DNA of 64,000 nucleotides, taken from positions 63,240,001 through 63,304,000 of the forward strand of contig OX597826.1 of NCBI GenBank assembly GCA_951406725.2. The letters run 5' to 3'. The stretch comes from Octopus vulgaris. Taxonomy: Eukaryota. Shown here piece after piece: positions 26,046-41,317 of the stretch (its first letter is position 1; each line of letters starts with the position of its first letter). Under the pieces are notes generated by a model. That model saw nothing but the letters and a program-made list of their open reading frames with translations. It was not told where the DNA came from and did not search any database. The position numbers were made by a program, and so were the translations under genes.

Positions 26046-26247
26046 TAAAGGGAAAGTTTACGAAAATAAACAAAAGACGAAGGCAGGTGGAGTACAAACA
26101 AACAAATGTCTTAGTATAGCGCTCAGGAATAGAAAAAGTCTTTTACGTTTCGAGCCTACGCTCTTCGACAGAACGATACACAGAAAATCAAGGAGAGAAA
26201 CAAGGAGAGAAAAAAATGCGTGCAGGAGCTAACGATCTATCATGGCA
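26046..26247 (-). mobile_element. CUGUCGA hammerhead-like element (motif 26139-26176)
   Basis: Same family as 12868-13248. Confidence 0.75.
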
Positions 26248-26284
26248 TATATGTGTGTGTGTGTGTGTGTGTGTGTATGTAAAA

Positions 26285-26322
<38 letters not shown>

Positions 26323-26339
26323 TTTTATTTTTTTTTAAG

Positions 26340-26500
26340 GGATGAGGAATTATGTACATTATTTACACTTGACGGATATGTGTCCTCATCTTGTTTGTTG
26401 TTAACACAACGTTTCGACTGATATACCATCCAGCCTCCATCAGGTATCTTGGGGAAATTTCGAGCCTGGGTTCTCACTCCTAAGATATTTTTCGATGTTG
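26340..26500 (-). mobile_element. Hammerhead-bearing element of the 36863 family (motif 26403-26448)
   Basis: GAUAC-CUGAUGG-A-GGCUG(GAUGGUAUAU)CAGUC-GAAAC-GUU-GUGUU; A9>G. Confidence 0.7.
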
Positions 26501-26677
26501 TTACTATAAGCGACTTAAAAACAAGTACTAGAGATGATGTGATGTCCCAGCATGGCCGCAGACCCATGACTGAAAGAAGTAAAACACTAAAATAACACAC
26601 ATATGTATCCACATATATGTAATGTAAAAATTCATGTGTGTGTGTGAGAGAGAGAGTGTGTGTATATGCTTGTGTGT

Positions 26678-26779
<102 letters not shown>

Positions 26780-27726
26780 TAAGGGAATATTATTCCAAAC
26801 TTACAGGGAAAAATTCAATTTAGAAATACTAAATCAAATTTCACAAAATATAATATATATATATATACACACATAGGTTTGTTCTCGAATATAAGACCTG
26901 CATATACAGAATACGTTACAACCACTTCAAGATGTATAGTTTATTCCTTTATATATTTTTCGTATGTATTACTACTGTTACTTATGTGGTACACTAACGG
27001 CTTATGATATATAAGAGTCCAGCGTCTTATATATGGAGAAGGTAATTCTCTAGAGGTACTTGTTGAGGGTTGATGTCTTCTTAGCAACGCAGAGAAAAGG
27101 CTTCCACAGTACGAATCAGTTGTCCAGCAGACTTAAACCTAACGTTAAAGATAAAATAAGTAGAAGGCTTCTGTGCCTAAATGATTAGAAAAGTACAGAT
27201 AACCTGTTCGTTTATCGATCTACATCTATAACTATGATTATTGGAATATTTGGTCATGTTATTGGCTCAGCAGTTATCTTGAGAAGGTTGGGGTTAAGTA
27301 AAATTAGAAAGAATATGGCTAATTAAAGGAATTACAATTACAATGAATTAATGAATTGGTGAAAATGCGTAAAAGTTTATCCTGTAATAGGTACATAGAT
27401 ATTTATGTATGCTTTTCTTTTTCTTTTTTTTTTCTCAAGCCTCTTACTCAGCTTCCATGACCGATATCGCTAAAACTCCATCTAAAGGAGACGCCGATCC
27501 GTTGCAGTGTTGAAGGCCAGCGATTTTTGAGAGGAGAGAACAAATCGGTTGCATCGATTCCAGTACATGACAGATGTTTTATTCTATCGCCCCCGGAGGG
27601 ATGAGAGGAAATGTTAACCTCGGCGGGATTTGAATTCAGAACGTAAAGTGTCGGAAGAAATGCTGCTAAGCATTTTCCCTGACGTGCTAACGATTCTGCC
27701 AGCTCACCACCTAATACTAAAATACA

Positions 27727-27783
<57 letters not shown>

Positions 27784-28032
27784 ACACACATACACACATA
27801 CATACATACATATTTACATATATATATATATAAAATTATTTTATCATTTTCTATCTCGACTTTTTTTCCACATATATACATGTGTGTGTGTGTGTTTCTG
27901 TGTGTACATGTGTGTGTGTACATGTGTGTGTGTACATGTGTGTGTGTGTGTGACCGTGTGGGTATCGGTGGCAGAATTTTCTACGTTCAGGGAAAATGCT
28001 TAGCAGCATTTCTTCACTTTTTCTTTTTTCTA

Positions 28033-28068
28033 TTTTTCTGACGAAGAGCTCCGCTCGAAACGTTAATT
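28033..28068 (+). ncRNA. Minimal hammerhead, CUGACGA family
   Basis: CUGACGA-A-GAGC(UCC)GCUC-GAAAC-GUU; stem I weak. The host repeat matches ~45000-45185. Confidence 0.6.
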
Positions 28069-28158
28069 CCTCCTTCTTTCTTTCCTTTCCTGAGCGTCCA
28101 ATAGCACTATACGTCCTCGTGTTGTTGTGTTTTCCCTTTGTGTTTTCATGTTTGATTA

Positions 28159-28212
<54 letters not shown>

Positions 28213-28532
28213 TTAATTCATTGTAATTGTGATTCCTTAATTAGCCGCATCCTTTCCGTCTCACTCGCAAGTCTTTGGCCGGCCCGTGGCTATAGTGGAA
28301 GACTCTTTCACAAGGTGCCACGCAGTGGGACTGACACGGAACCATGTGGTTAGTGAGCAAGCTACTTACCACACAGCCACTCCTACGACTATATATATAT
28401 ATATATATGGGGGCGTGTGTGTGTGTGTGTGTATACATGTAGACATAAATAGATATTGATTTGTGTTCATATATAAGCGTGAGTGTGCACGTGTGTGTAG
28501 GATTGCAGTCGTGTTGGTTAAAATCAGATGGC

Positions 28533-28931
28533 TCTCTTTTACTCTTTTACTTGTTTCAGTCATTTGACTGCGGCCATGCTGGAGCACCGCCTTTAGTCGA
28601 GTAAATCGACCCCCAGGACTTATTCTTTGTAAGCCTAGTACTTATTCTATTGGTCTCTTTTGCCGAACCGCTAAGTTACGAGGAAGTAAACACACCAGCA
28701 TCGGTTGTCAAGCGATGTTGGATGGACACAGACACACAAACACACACACACATATATATACATATATACGACAGGCTTCTTTCAGTTTCCGTCTACCAAA
28801 TCCACTCACAAGGCTTTGGTCGGCGCTAGGCTATAGTAGAAGGCACTTGCCCAAGGTGCCACGCACTGGGACTAAACCTGGAGCCATGTGGTTCGTAAGC
28901 AAGCTACTTACCACACAGCTACTCCTACGCC
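28533..28931 (-). mobile_element. SINE family B, full length
   Basis: Colinear with 2752-3168. Confidence 0.85.
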
Positions 28932-29128
28932 TATGCATGCATGTATGTATGTATGTATGTATGTATGTATGTATGTATGTATGTATGTATGTATGTATTA
29001 TGTATGTATGTATGTATGTATGTATGTATGTGAATGTGCATGTATATATATACATATATATAGTGATATAATATGCATGTATCTATGTGTGTATGTATAT
29101 ATATATATACATACATATATAGATGTGA

Positions 29129-29182
<54 letters not shown>

Positions 29183-29759
29183 GTATATATATGTATATAT
29201 ATATGTATATATATGTATATATATATATGTATATATATGTGTGGTGTGATATATATATATGTATATATATATATGTATATAGTATACGTGGTGTGTGCGT
29301 GTGAGTGGGAATGTCTGTATGCATGTTCAACAATATGCATATATATGCGCACATCCTGAAAAAATATGCCTATGTTCCTTCATGCGTGTGGTGCAAGAGT
29401 GTGCACGCTTATCCCTGTGCATTAGCTGGCATGTATGCGTATGTGTATCAGTGTATATGACTGTGCATATGTTGAAGTGTGAGCCTGCATATGTGTATAT
29501 GCAGTATGCATGGTTCAGCAATATCGCAAATGATTTTCACAAACGATATTTTTGTTGAATATTTTAAATTACAAATATAGAAAATTAATAGAAAACTTAT
29601 AGGATTTAGGTTGGCAATACGGTCGGACGTATATATTGAATAAAAATAGAAGATTAAGATCATTTTAAGAATAATGTGTGTTTGTGACTGTGTGTGTGAG
29701 TAAAACTGTCCATCATTGTTTTTTTTAATTACACATACAGACACCGGGAATATATACAT

Positions 29760-29796
<37 letters not shown>

Positions 29797-30045
29797 TTCT
29801 TTCCCTCACCCTCTCTCTTTCTCTCTCTTTTTCACTTCCTCTTTCTTATTCTCTTTCTCACACGCACGCACGCACGCACATACACTTGCCTCTTCGTTAG
29901 AAAGTTAAAAAAACTATACACACCAAAAATGGAATCAAAAGAATTTTTTTTTTTCGTGAGAAGGAGGGTTATATTTGACATTTAAATCAATAGAGAGAGA
30001 TAATGGAATTGACGTATGCACATAGGCAAATATATATATATATAC

Positions 30046-30125
<80 letters not shown>

Positions 30126-30213
30126 GTATATATATGTATATGTATGTATATATATGTATATGTATATGTATATATATGTATACATATTAAATAAGTACGT
30201 ATATTTGTACATA

Positions 30214-30298
<85 letters not shown>

Positions 30299-30699
30299 TG
30301 AAAGTCAGTACGTTGCAGAGGTCGATAGCAATGAAAGCATAACTTGAAGTATCAAAAGTAACAATAAAAAAGATATTAAAATGATAACTTGGAAATACTA
30401 TTTTGTTCTGATATTTCGAGTTAAAAAACTCTTTTGCAACGGCTTTAGAGGACAAGAGAGAGATATATAAGTTATGTGCCCATTCAGTTAGCATGTCGAA
30501 TCCTTTTATGATATTCGACTTATCACACGAGTAGTAGTGTAGAATTCGAGGTTGCAGATTGTGTTCCATAGGCTATCAAGTGTCAGTGTGTTGTAGTGTG
30601 TGTTCGTGAAGGAATTGATTGAAGTATTGTGATGGCTTATGGTTTTCAATCATAATAGCTTCTTTTATCTGCAGTTTACCGATATTATGGTCTATAGCT

Positions 30700-30878
30700 T
30701 CATTGGTAACTACAGTGTTCTAGTTCATGCTGCTTCGTTTTTTTCAAGATTTTCTTCCTTTTGTTTTCTTTTGTTTTTTTCTTGAAAGCTGATGGTGCGA
30801 TTTTGTGAAAGATGATGTGATCTCGGATCAAGTCGCACTGCACGACACCTTGCGCAAGGAGCAAGGCTGACCACTGCC
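30700..30878 (-). other. Candidate exon after a strong acceptor
   Basis: TTTCTCTCTACAAAATTCCCTCTCAG| followed by open frame QWSALLLAQGVVQCDLIRDHIIFHK...CSYQ*; no homology support. Confidence 0.25.
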
Positions 30879-32312
30879 CTGAGAGGGAATTTTGTAGAGA
30901 GAAACTGTATGGGAACACGTTATGTATGAACATGTGTGTGCGTGTCTGTGTGTGTGTGTACGTGTGTGTGTTTTGGGGTTTGGTTTTTTTTCTTTATACT
31001 CCCGTAATTTAAAGGTTTGGCAAAAAGAGAACGATAGAATAAGTACCAGGCTTTAAAACAAGTAGTGGGGCTTGATTTGGTCGACTAAATCCTTCAAGGT
31101 GGTACCCAAGCATGACCATAATTCAATGACTAAAAAGTAAAAGGTAAAGGGTATATGGGAAAATTCTCTTTTATTGGGATCATAATTGTACTGAGAAGTA
31201 ACATTCATTGCATTTGGCACACTGGATCAGTTTACTACATGTGTGTTTGTGCGCGCGCTGTGTGTGTGACCATGTATATATATATAGACAAAGAGAGAGA
31301 GAACGAGAGATATGCAGACTCATGACTGTATTGTGGAAAGGGTGGTTAACCAGTGTATTTGGATTTCTTTTGTTAGGCGCCTTCGTAGGGAAAGTCCTGA
31401 GTGAGCTCGCTGACTACCAAGTCTTTCCTTATAGCAGCATTGCTTTCCTTATAGCAACGGTTATATCATCGCTGAAATAAGTTCAAGAAGCAGATTTTGA
31501 GAGAATCTTTCTGTTCCTTTATCCTGGGGCACTGAAGCCAGCTGGTTATGGATTTTAAGATATCCGTTGATGTGTAATATGTTTTGTAATTGTATAATAA
31601 TGATGGCTCGATCTTCCGTTTTGCTGCATCTGCGATAGATATAGGTGGGTTCGTTTTATACGTACCCAACATTAGCTCTGATAAGGGGAAATCTGTAGTA
31701 TAAGAACAGATCTCTTCAGGCAAAATTCTTGTAAAATTTGGTGTTTATGGCACCATGGCATCCTCCTGTTTGATTTTGAGTTAGGGACTAAGTGGAAGTA
31801 TGAATTCAGTGTTACTGAGGTGTCTAATATTAAATTATTTACGATAATTCATGCACCTGGACTTTCAAAAATTACGTTGGTTTTTTCGTGTGAAGATTTT
31901 TTAAAAGTATGATGATTACCATAATCAATGTACGAATGCTATCATAACGTATGTGACTAACGCAATTAATTTGAAGGATATCATACTTAATGAGGGGACT
32001 GAAATTATAATCCTTCTAAAACTATTCGATACATTAACGACACAATTGGATATAAAAAGGGATAAGGGAGAGACCTATCAGAATTTCACTTCACCAGAAA
32101 TGGGATGGGGTTTGATGTGGAGGGATTATCTTAACTTTATATTAATAGTGACAACTCACATGTTTCAGTTGTATTACACCTCTTCAGAGAAAAATATATT
32201 GGACATGAAGCAAGCTGATCTCATGATAACTTGAAAATAATATTTTCGGCAGAAAAAATTCACATACATACATACATGTATGCATTTGTACTGATATGTA
32301 TACATATGTATA

Positions 32313-32712
<400 letters not shown>

Positions 32713-32821
32713 CATTGCAAACAAGGACTGCATATATACATACATATATGTACATATATACATACCCCATATATGTGCGCATATATGGTACTATATATAT
32801 ATATATGTATACATACATATA

Positions 32822-32888
<67 letters not shown>

Positions 32889-32901
32889 CCACATATATAT
32901 A

Positions 32902-33093
32902 TAGGGCAGCGGACTCGCGGTCGAAGGATCGCGGTTTCGATTCCCAGACCTGGCGTCGTGTGTGTTTATTGAGCGAAAACACATGTTTGCCTGCTCGCTT
33001 AGCCAGCGGGGTGGCGTCGTTCTTCAAAACAATGCAAACGCATTGTGACCAGCGATGTATAGCAACATCTGAGGGTCTGGTCGGTCACGTGAT

Positions 33094-33100
<7 letters not shown>
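32902..33100 (+). mobile_element. SINE family C, internally shortened
   Basis: AGGGCAGCGGACTCGCGG head; GTCACGTGATCACGTGA tail. Confidence 0.75.
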
Positions 33101-33167
<67 letters not shown>

Positions 33168-33548
33168 ATATGTATATTGGTACGCATATGTGGGTACAGG
33201 ACGTCATAAAACGTAAACAACATGAAATACGTAAATAAAGTTCGGTATGCAAAGAACGAGAGAAACAAATAGAAAACAAGACAAGAAACATAAAAATTAC
33301 TCTGATGCTACCTAATATTTCACATTGACATAATATATCATGATCTTCAATTTGTGTATTGTGACTGACTGAAAATCATGACATGTGTCATACAGGTGTG
33401 AAACTTCGGCTATCTACGTGTGTTTTATTTGAGAATAAACATATAATACATCAATGCACACACCCAAGACATATAATAAATTACATACGTATGCATGTAT
33501 AGGAGTGTGTAGGATATGTATGTGTGTATATATATGTGTGTGTGTAAA

Positions 33549-33584
<36 letters not shown>

Positions 33585-33705
33585 TGTATGTATGTATATA
33601 TGTATGTATGTATGATGTATGTATGTATGTATGTATGTGTATATGGCATGTAAGAAGCACCCACTACACTCTTGGAGTGGTCGGCGTTAGGAAGGGCATA
33701 CAGAC

Positions 33706-33878
33706 GGTGGTGGTGGTGATGATGATGTTGATGGTGGTGGTGGTGGTGGTGGTGGTGGTGGTGGTGGTGGTGGTGGTGGTGGTGGTGGTGGTGGTGGTGG
33801 TGGTGGTGGTGGTGGTGGTGGTGGTGGTGGTGGTGGTGGTGGTGGTGGTGGTGGTGGTGGTGGTGGTGGTGATGATGG

Positions 33879-33928
<50 letters not shown>

Positions 33929-33972
33929 GTGATGGTGATGGTGATGATGATGATGGTGGTGATGGTGATGAT
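33706..33972. repeat. (GGT)n/(GAT)n microsatellite
   Basis: Directly visible. Confidence 0.95.
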
Positions 33973-34053
33973 ATTTATAAAAAGAATGGGGTATATATAT
34001 ATATATATAAACTGTTCTGTGATGGTTAAATCATATGTATGTATGTATGTATG

Positions 34054-34087
<34 letters not shown>

Positions 34088-34693
34088 TGTATGTATGTAT
34101 GTATGTACGTATGTATGTATTTACGTATACATTAACACATATATACGGGTGTCGTTCACGTGAATGATGGCTTTTGAAATATTAACGAAATATGGGGTAA
34201 AGTAATTAACGGATAATGTATTTCTGCACGTATTTGATAATGGAAGCAAAACCGAATGTAATTTTAAATTTTGGCGTTATGATCAAAAACAAATCGATAC
34301 AAATCAAGGCTGAATACTACAGTACTGGCAAATTCCCGAGGAACATTGCTCATAATTATTAAATACAAACCTTCATGTGGTTACAATTTTGATAAATCAG
34401 TAGAGTAACCTTTTCATATCTATTGTTGTTCATTCGTCTTAGTCATTGGACTGTAGTCATGCTGGGGCACCATCTGGAAGGGTTTAGCGGATTAAATTTA
34501 TATTTATAGATGTGGCACATGTCATATCGAATATCTTTGCCGGACCGCTAAGTTACGGAGACGTGATCAAACCAACACCGGTTGTCAAATGGTGGTGGAA
34601 CACAGTCATCAGCACACATTTGTATGATAGCATATGGTAGCCGATACTCGTGGAGGAGCTTTGTAAAACACGCTATGATGTTATTACCTGATG

Positions 34694-34759
<66 letters not shown>

Positions 34760-35169
34760 CCTGCTGATTATTGTGCTCCTCCACCACTTAACAAGCGGTG
34801 TTGGTTTGATTACGTTTCCGTAACTTAGCGGTCCGGCAAATAGGATCGATATGATATGTGCCTCACCTATAATTATATATTGGGGCCAATTTAATCCTTT
34901 AAACCCTTCAAGATTGTGCACCAGCATGACTACCAATGTCAGGCACAAGACATTGGTCGATCCAAGGCTATAGTAGAAGACACATGCCCACGGTGCTGTA
35001 GAACAGGACTGAACCCGAATGGAACACATGGAGGCGAAGCGAGCTTCTCAACCACATAGCCATGCCTGCAGTTATTTATAAACTTCCGTAAATGTATTTA
35101 CAAAGGAGATAATTCCATTTTTATGCATTTCGGTATCCTGTTCAATTCACATTACTATCTCTTTCTCTT

Positions 35170-35170
<1 letters not shown>

Positions 35171-35245
<75 letters not shown>

Positions 35246-35292
35246 ATATATATATATATATTTATCTATATATCTATCTATCTATCTGTCTG

Positions 35293-35363
<71 letters not shown>

Positions 35364-35399
35364 GTCTGTCTGTCTATCTATCTATTTATCTATCTGTCA

Positions 35400-35443
<44 letters not shown>

Positions 35444-35481
35444 GTATGTCTATCTATCTATCTAACTATCTATCTATCTAT
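35171..35481. repeat. (TCTA)n/(TCTG)n microsatellite
   Basis: Directly visible. Confidence 0.95.
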
Positions 35482-35887
35482 CTTTGTCCTCCAATCTCTT
35501 ATACATTCTCAGCCATCGAAATAAAAATAAACTTAATCAACTCATACTATACACCACAACACACTCACCACAATCCCCTCACTTCGTTCAACATACTACA
35601 GTCCATACACAAAGCTACACACCGTAAAGTCTACAGAACACAACTGAGCCATACACAGCCCACATATCAGACACCCCAGATGTATTGCCGTCTTTCGTCT
35701 CTTTTTAATAAACATAACAGGAATTTCTGAAGAAGCTATCAAGAATGGTAATATATCTAGGGACATTGCATAGAAAATGATGATTGACAGACAAAAGAAA
35801 ATGGCCGAGACGATGACGACGACGAAAGCAAAACTAGAAAAGATATTGTTCGTCAAAAATACTGATAATGTTATTATCATTATTATT

Positions 35888-35889
<2 letters not shown>

Positions 35890-35932
<43 letters not shown>

Positions 35933-35933
35933 T

Positions 35934-35992
<59 letters not shown>

Positions 35993-36067
35993 TAATAATA
36001 ATAACAATAATAATAGTGATAATGATAATAATAATAATAATGGTGATGATGGTGGTGGTAGTGGTGG

Positions 36068-36101
<34 letters not shown>

Positions 36102-36260
36102 AACGAAGATGATGATGATGATGGTGATGATGATGATGATGATGATGATGATATTGTTGATGATGATGATGATGATGATGTTGATGATGATGATGATGAT
36201 GATAACGAAGATGATGATGATGATGATGATGATGTGGTGGTGATGATGATGATGATGATG
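35890..36260. repeat. Compound (TAA)n-(TGA)n microsatellite
   Basis: Directly visible. Confidence 0.95.
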
Positions 36261-36639
36261 ATTCTCTTTCATTTTGGCACAAAGCCAACAATTTTGAAGG
36301 GAGGAGTCGAGTCATTTACATCGATCCCAGAGCCTGACAGGTACATATTTTGCCGACCCCGATAATATTATCATGGGAGAATGGAAGAATTATTGAAATA
36401 TTGATTTAAAAATTTTGGCACAAGGCCAGAAATTCTGGGGAAGGGGATAAGTTGATTACATCAACCCCAGTGCTCTGCTGGTACTTATCCTATCGACTCC
36501 GAAACGATGAAAGGTAAATTTTACATCAGCGGAATTTGAACACAGATCGCAAAGATGGGCGAAATGCCCGCTAAGCTTTTTGTCCGACGTGATAACGCTT
36601 GTGCCAGCACGCTGCTTTAAGAATTATTGAAATATTAAT

Positions 36640-36835
36640 ATCTCGAAAGTGAAATAACTAGAATGTTAGCATGAAAGCAGAAGCAATCTCTATGATAATA
36701 GTTGCTTTAGAAGTGATAAGAAAAAAAACTGTCTAGCGGACATACAGATAGCCAAATACCTAGGGTTAAAAAAATTGCCTAACATTCAGAAAATAGCATT
36801 CTCAGGCACCGAACAGCTATTATGTAGAGAACTTA
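36640..36835 (+). pseudogene. Degenerate R4/Dong-like RLE C-terminus
   Basis: Remnant LESEITRM...IIVAL...IQKIAFSGT..LL, homologous to ~53650-53854. Confidence 0.55.
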
Positions 36836-36862
36836 TTATAGAGAAGTAACATCAGTAAACGT

Positions 36863-37103
36863 ACATTATTTACATTTTGACGGATTTTGTCCTCATCTTG
36901 TTTGTAATAACAATAACAACAACAACGAAAAATACCTTAGCAATGAGAACCCAGGTTCGAAACTTCCAAAACACCTGATGAAGGCTGGAGGGTATATCAG
37001 CCGAAACGTTGAGTTAACAACAAACAAGATGTGGACGAAATCCGTCAAAATGTAAATACTGTAAATAATGTACATAATTCCTCATCTCTTAAATATAGAA
37101 CTG
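36863..37103 (+). mobile_element. Penelope-like non-autonomous insertion: inverted 5' segment, hammerhead (36970-37015), 13-bp TSD
   Basis: AACAC-CUGAUGA-A-GGCUG(GAGGGUAUAU)CAGCC-GAAAC-GUU-GAGUU. 36861-36905 is the inverse of 37020-37072. TSD CATCAGTAAACGT at 36850-36862 and 37104-37116. Confidence 0.8.
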
Positions 37104-37722
37104 CATCAGTAAACGTGTTACGAATAACAGAATTGGTGTTCGTAGCTGTCAACTCAAAAGCTCACAGAAAACTGTGATTCGATGACATCATTCACAGAAT
37201 ATGTGTTATCACAGGTGTCTAAGAGGAGAATTTTCTTCCGGGAATATCTTCACAGCGAAAGGTTTTCTCATGTCTTTGCCACGTCTTTACAATAAAAGGC
37301 CGTGTCGTCAATTAGAAAATGCTATCCTGAGATCTCATATGACTAGCAAACAGACCCGACTACAGACGTTACAAACGTTTTCAGGCAGAAAAATGCGTAG
37401 GATATTGAAGTCAAGTGCTGTTTACGAAGTTCACGTTTCAATATGTGGAGTATGCAATTCTCCAGGTTTCAAATGCTTTATATATATATGAAAGATCGAA
37501 ATCATGTGGTCAGGTGGTCTTCTCGGAGCTAGGGTGGCAGGAGTTATTTCTCGCTTGCAATAAATATCGAATGCGAAAGCGCAGCGAATAAACCAGCTGG
37601 AGATGTCCTCCTGGGGTTAAAACAGCATTATCGCCATCTGTTAGAAAACATCCACGTTAATGTGGCATTAAACACTACTTATGTGTGTGCGTGTGTGTTT
37701 GCGTGTGTATGTGTGTGTGTAA

Positions 37723-37756
<34 letters not shown>

Positions 37757-37799
37757 GGACGGACGGACGGACGGACGGACGGACGGACGGACTGACGGA

Positions 37800-38120
<321 letters not shown>

Positions 38121-38759
38121 GACACGTAAGTGTCGATAAATCAATTTACCTCTTTCCTACTCAAACAATTAAACTCAGATACAAAAACAAATGTAATTAA
38201 TAGGAAAACGTATTAATGGCAAATATTAATTAGAAAGGCGTTACCAATATCATACAAAGTCTAGTTTCGTTGCTTTTCCCACTGAATCCGTGAAAGCAGG
38301 ATCAGAGAAAGAAATGAGACAATCTTTGGGCCACATTTCGTATTTTCAACGTCCTACCAAGTGACATGTACATCCTTACAAGCCCGTATAGTTCACTATA
38401 GTTAACCGAGCCAGTGTTATAAACTTGTTGTTGTTGTCTTCTTCTTCTTCCAATCAGGACTCACTCCATTAGCCACAAAGAATAATCTCTAATTCGAGCC
38501 TACTCTAAGCTACTAAGAATGCGTGTGGCAACTTGAAGATCCACCCACCCACCACACGCGATAGACTGGCGGTTGCACGGGTGCGAAGGCTACGTTGTTA
38601 TCCTCATTCCGTAAACGGTGGCTTTTAACGGGTGGAGAGCTGAACCATCCTGGGGTACAGAGGATTCGCAATCTAGACTAGGGTCTGAAAGTTTTGCCAC
38701 ACCATAGTGGGTTACACCATAAAAAACAACCAAGGACAAAGGACAAAGAAGAAACCCTA

Positions 38760-39154
38760 CTTCGTATGGAATTACATGTAATTCCCGATCAGTTCCACCG
38801 AAAAACCAACAAATTAAAAGAACAGGAAACATCATGGAGGTGGCTCAACAAGGGTGACCGAAAAAAGAATACTGAAAGCCTAATCATCACTGCCCAGGAC
38901 CAGGCATTGAATACCAATTCAGTGAAAAAGAATATATACCACACAAGTGCAACGGACCTCTACAGAATATGTGGGACGAGGATCGAAAGCGTGACTCACA
39001 TTGTTAGAGTTTGTGTAAATCTGGCAAGTTAGCCCAAAACCTCTACTGGCTGCTATGCTGTAAGTATGGATATGAGGTCACGGGCGCTTGGTACCAGCAT
39101 ACACCGGAAAAAGTAATGGACGGAAAGGGGAAGGCAAAAATACTCTGAGGCTTT

Positions 39155-39250
<96 letters not shown>

Positions 39251-39710
39251 TGCATGTTCGGTGGAACAAACGGAGTAATTATACCTCAATATAGATATTT
39301 TGCATCGGCTGTGAAATTCTATGACCACACACACACACAGCACACACACACAACACACACGCATACACACAACATACACAATACACACACACATACACAT
39401 ACACTCAAGACACACACACAGGCGCACAAGAGAGAATGCATATTAAGATACGCCAATAATTGACGTGGCAGTGTCAGGAGATTCACATACCATTAATATG
39501 GAAACCTAAGAACTGAGATCGCTAAGATGTGGTAGCTACGAGAGTCAAACATAAAGGCTATTCTTATTGTCAGTGGAGCATTGGGTTCAATACCACCCAA
39601 TCTGAAAGCATTAGCATGAAAACCTTAGAAATAGCCTACAATCTAGATGTATTGCAAAATTCGTCACTATTTTGAACTGCACGCATCTTGCGTAAAGTAT
39701 TGTCTGTCTT
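38760..39710 (+). pseudogene. R4/Dong-like non-LTR retrotransposon fragment (CCHC knuckle + RLE), interrupted at 39155-39457
   Basis: SWRWLNKG..KKNTESLIITAQDQALNTN...RICG...ESVTHI...C..LA; then WYQHTP..V..., IDVAV, IVSGALG, TARILRKVL. Confidence 0.85.
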
Positions 39711-39756
39711 GAGATCCTTGACAAGCAGTACAAACCCCTTCTTCAATCAAGAAAAA

Positions 39757-40290
39757 GAATGCAGTACCAGGCAGTGGCTCTCGTGGTTTCTGATCTTAAC
39801 TGATTGGAAGTGTTATCATGTACAAGATGGGCTACTGCAAATATTCTGCCCAATACCACAGATTTGCTTGTCAGTTGTTTGACCTTAACCAGTTGACCAT
39901 GTCCCTTAGTGGCTGACGATATGTGCATCTCTGATCACGAGCAGAAGTAGTGGGGGAGCGTCATAGCCATGTGTTGAGAGGGATTCTTTGGGGGTTTAAA
40001 TAATTCACCTCTGGAAACATAGGTGTTTCGTTCATCATCCTTAAACAACCCTGATTCAGGGACCTTTTGAGTGAAATGGGCTATTCAACCTGAAGAAAGT
40101 TCTAACTGGGCCCCACCTGCAAGGTCATGTGTTATTTCTCTTGATATGAGATCTACATGTTGCGCACATATGGTTGTGATGCATGTGCCTGGTGTACCCT
40201 TATCAGACGGGTAGTCATGATGAGTATATCGGACTTCGTATATTTGTACCCCCGTGTCACTTTGATGGCATGTATTGTTCTCTCGCTCAA
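39757..40290. mobile_element. ~540-bp non-coding interspersed repeat abutting a trinucleotide array
   Basis: Reverse-complement copy at 62414-62973. Confidence 0.8.
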
Positions 40291-40435
40291 GAAGAAGAAG
40301 AAGAAGAAGAAGAAGAAGAAGAAGAAGAAGAAGAAGAAGAAGAAGAAGAAGAAGAAGAAGAAGAAGAAGAAGAAGAAGAAGAAGAAGAAGAAGAAGAAGA
40401 AGAAGAAGAAGAAGAAGAAGAAGAAGAAGAGTAGC

Positions 40436-40483
<48 letters not shown>

Positions 40484-40786
40484 TATTATTATTTCAAATT
40501 TTGAGACCAAGACCACCACTTTAAGTGGGAGGAAAATATTCGATTACATCGACTCTAACACCTGACTGGTACTTTAGATTATCGACTCCAAAACGATGAC
40601 AGACAATGCTTATATCACACTTTACTCGTCTAAATGTTTACACATCACCATAGCCAACGACATAGGTATTCTTAACACAAGTGATAGCATGTGTCAAGAC
40701 ACGTTTCACATATGTGATGGCATGCGTGTATATTACATATATATGTGTGTGTCTGTGTGTCTGTGTGTGTATGATATATATATATA

Positions 40787-40834
<48 letters not shown>

Positions 40835-41093
40835 GAACAATGTTACTTAGAAATGAATGCGTGCGTTCCGTCATATAATAAGTTAATAAATAAAATAAAA
40901 CATATGCATATACACATACATATACGTACGTACCTACCTCTACATGTATATATACATGCATATATGGGTACAGGACACCAAAAAAACGTCGAACACAATG
41001 AGAAACGAAAACATAAACACAAAACCAAGGAAATGGACATTTTTCTTAAACAACGAAAAAATAGAGTACAGGACACACAAAACAAGGAAAATT

Positions 41094-41154
41094 CCCCTTC
41101 TTCAGTCGCCTTTGTTTCATCTACTCCGCATTTCGAAGGTCAAGGCGAGACACG
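41094..41154 (-). ncRNA. Non-circularly permuted hammerhead-like RNA, copy 2, within a repeat at ~40960-41320
   Basis: CGUG-UC-UCGCCUU ... CUUC-GAAA-UGCG ... AAGGCGA-CUGAAGA-A-GGGG. Confidence 0.7.
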
Positions 41155-41317
41155 ATTTTATTGAAACATTCCTTCCCGCGAAAAGCAAATTAAATAAAAT
41201 TTGAGATTTTTTGCGGAGGAGTAAAAATGGTAACAAAAACAGGACAGTAAGACAGTAAAAGACAGACAGTACAAAATATAAACAGTAAAAGACTGGACAA
41301 GTTTTTATCTTAATTTA

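Noticed and set aside
31340-31790. Coding-like minus-strand stretch (ORF 31466-31723)
   Set aside because: No recognisable domain or splice pair; probably a decayed transposable element.
37172-37214. 7-bp stem CTGTGAT/ATCACAG enclosing TCGATGA...GAAT
   Set aside because: Possibly a dead hammerhead, but both core boxes and stem II are broken.
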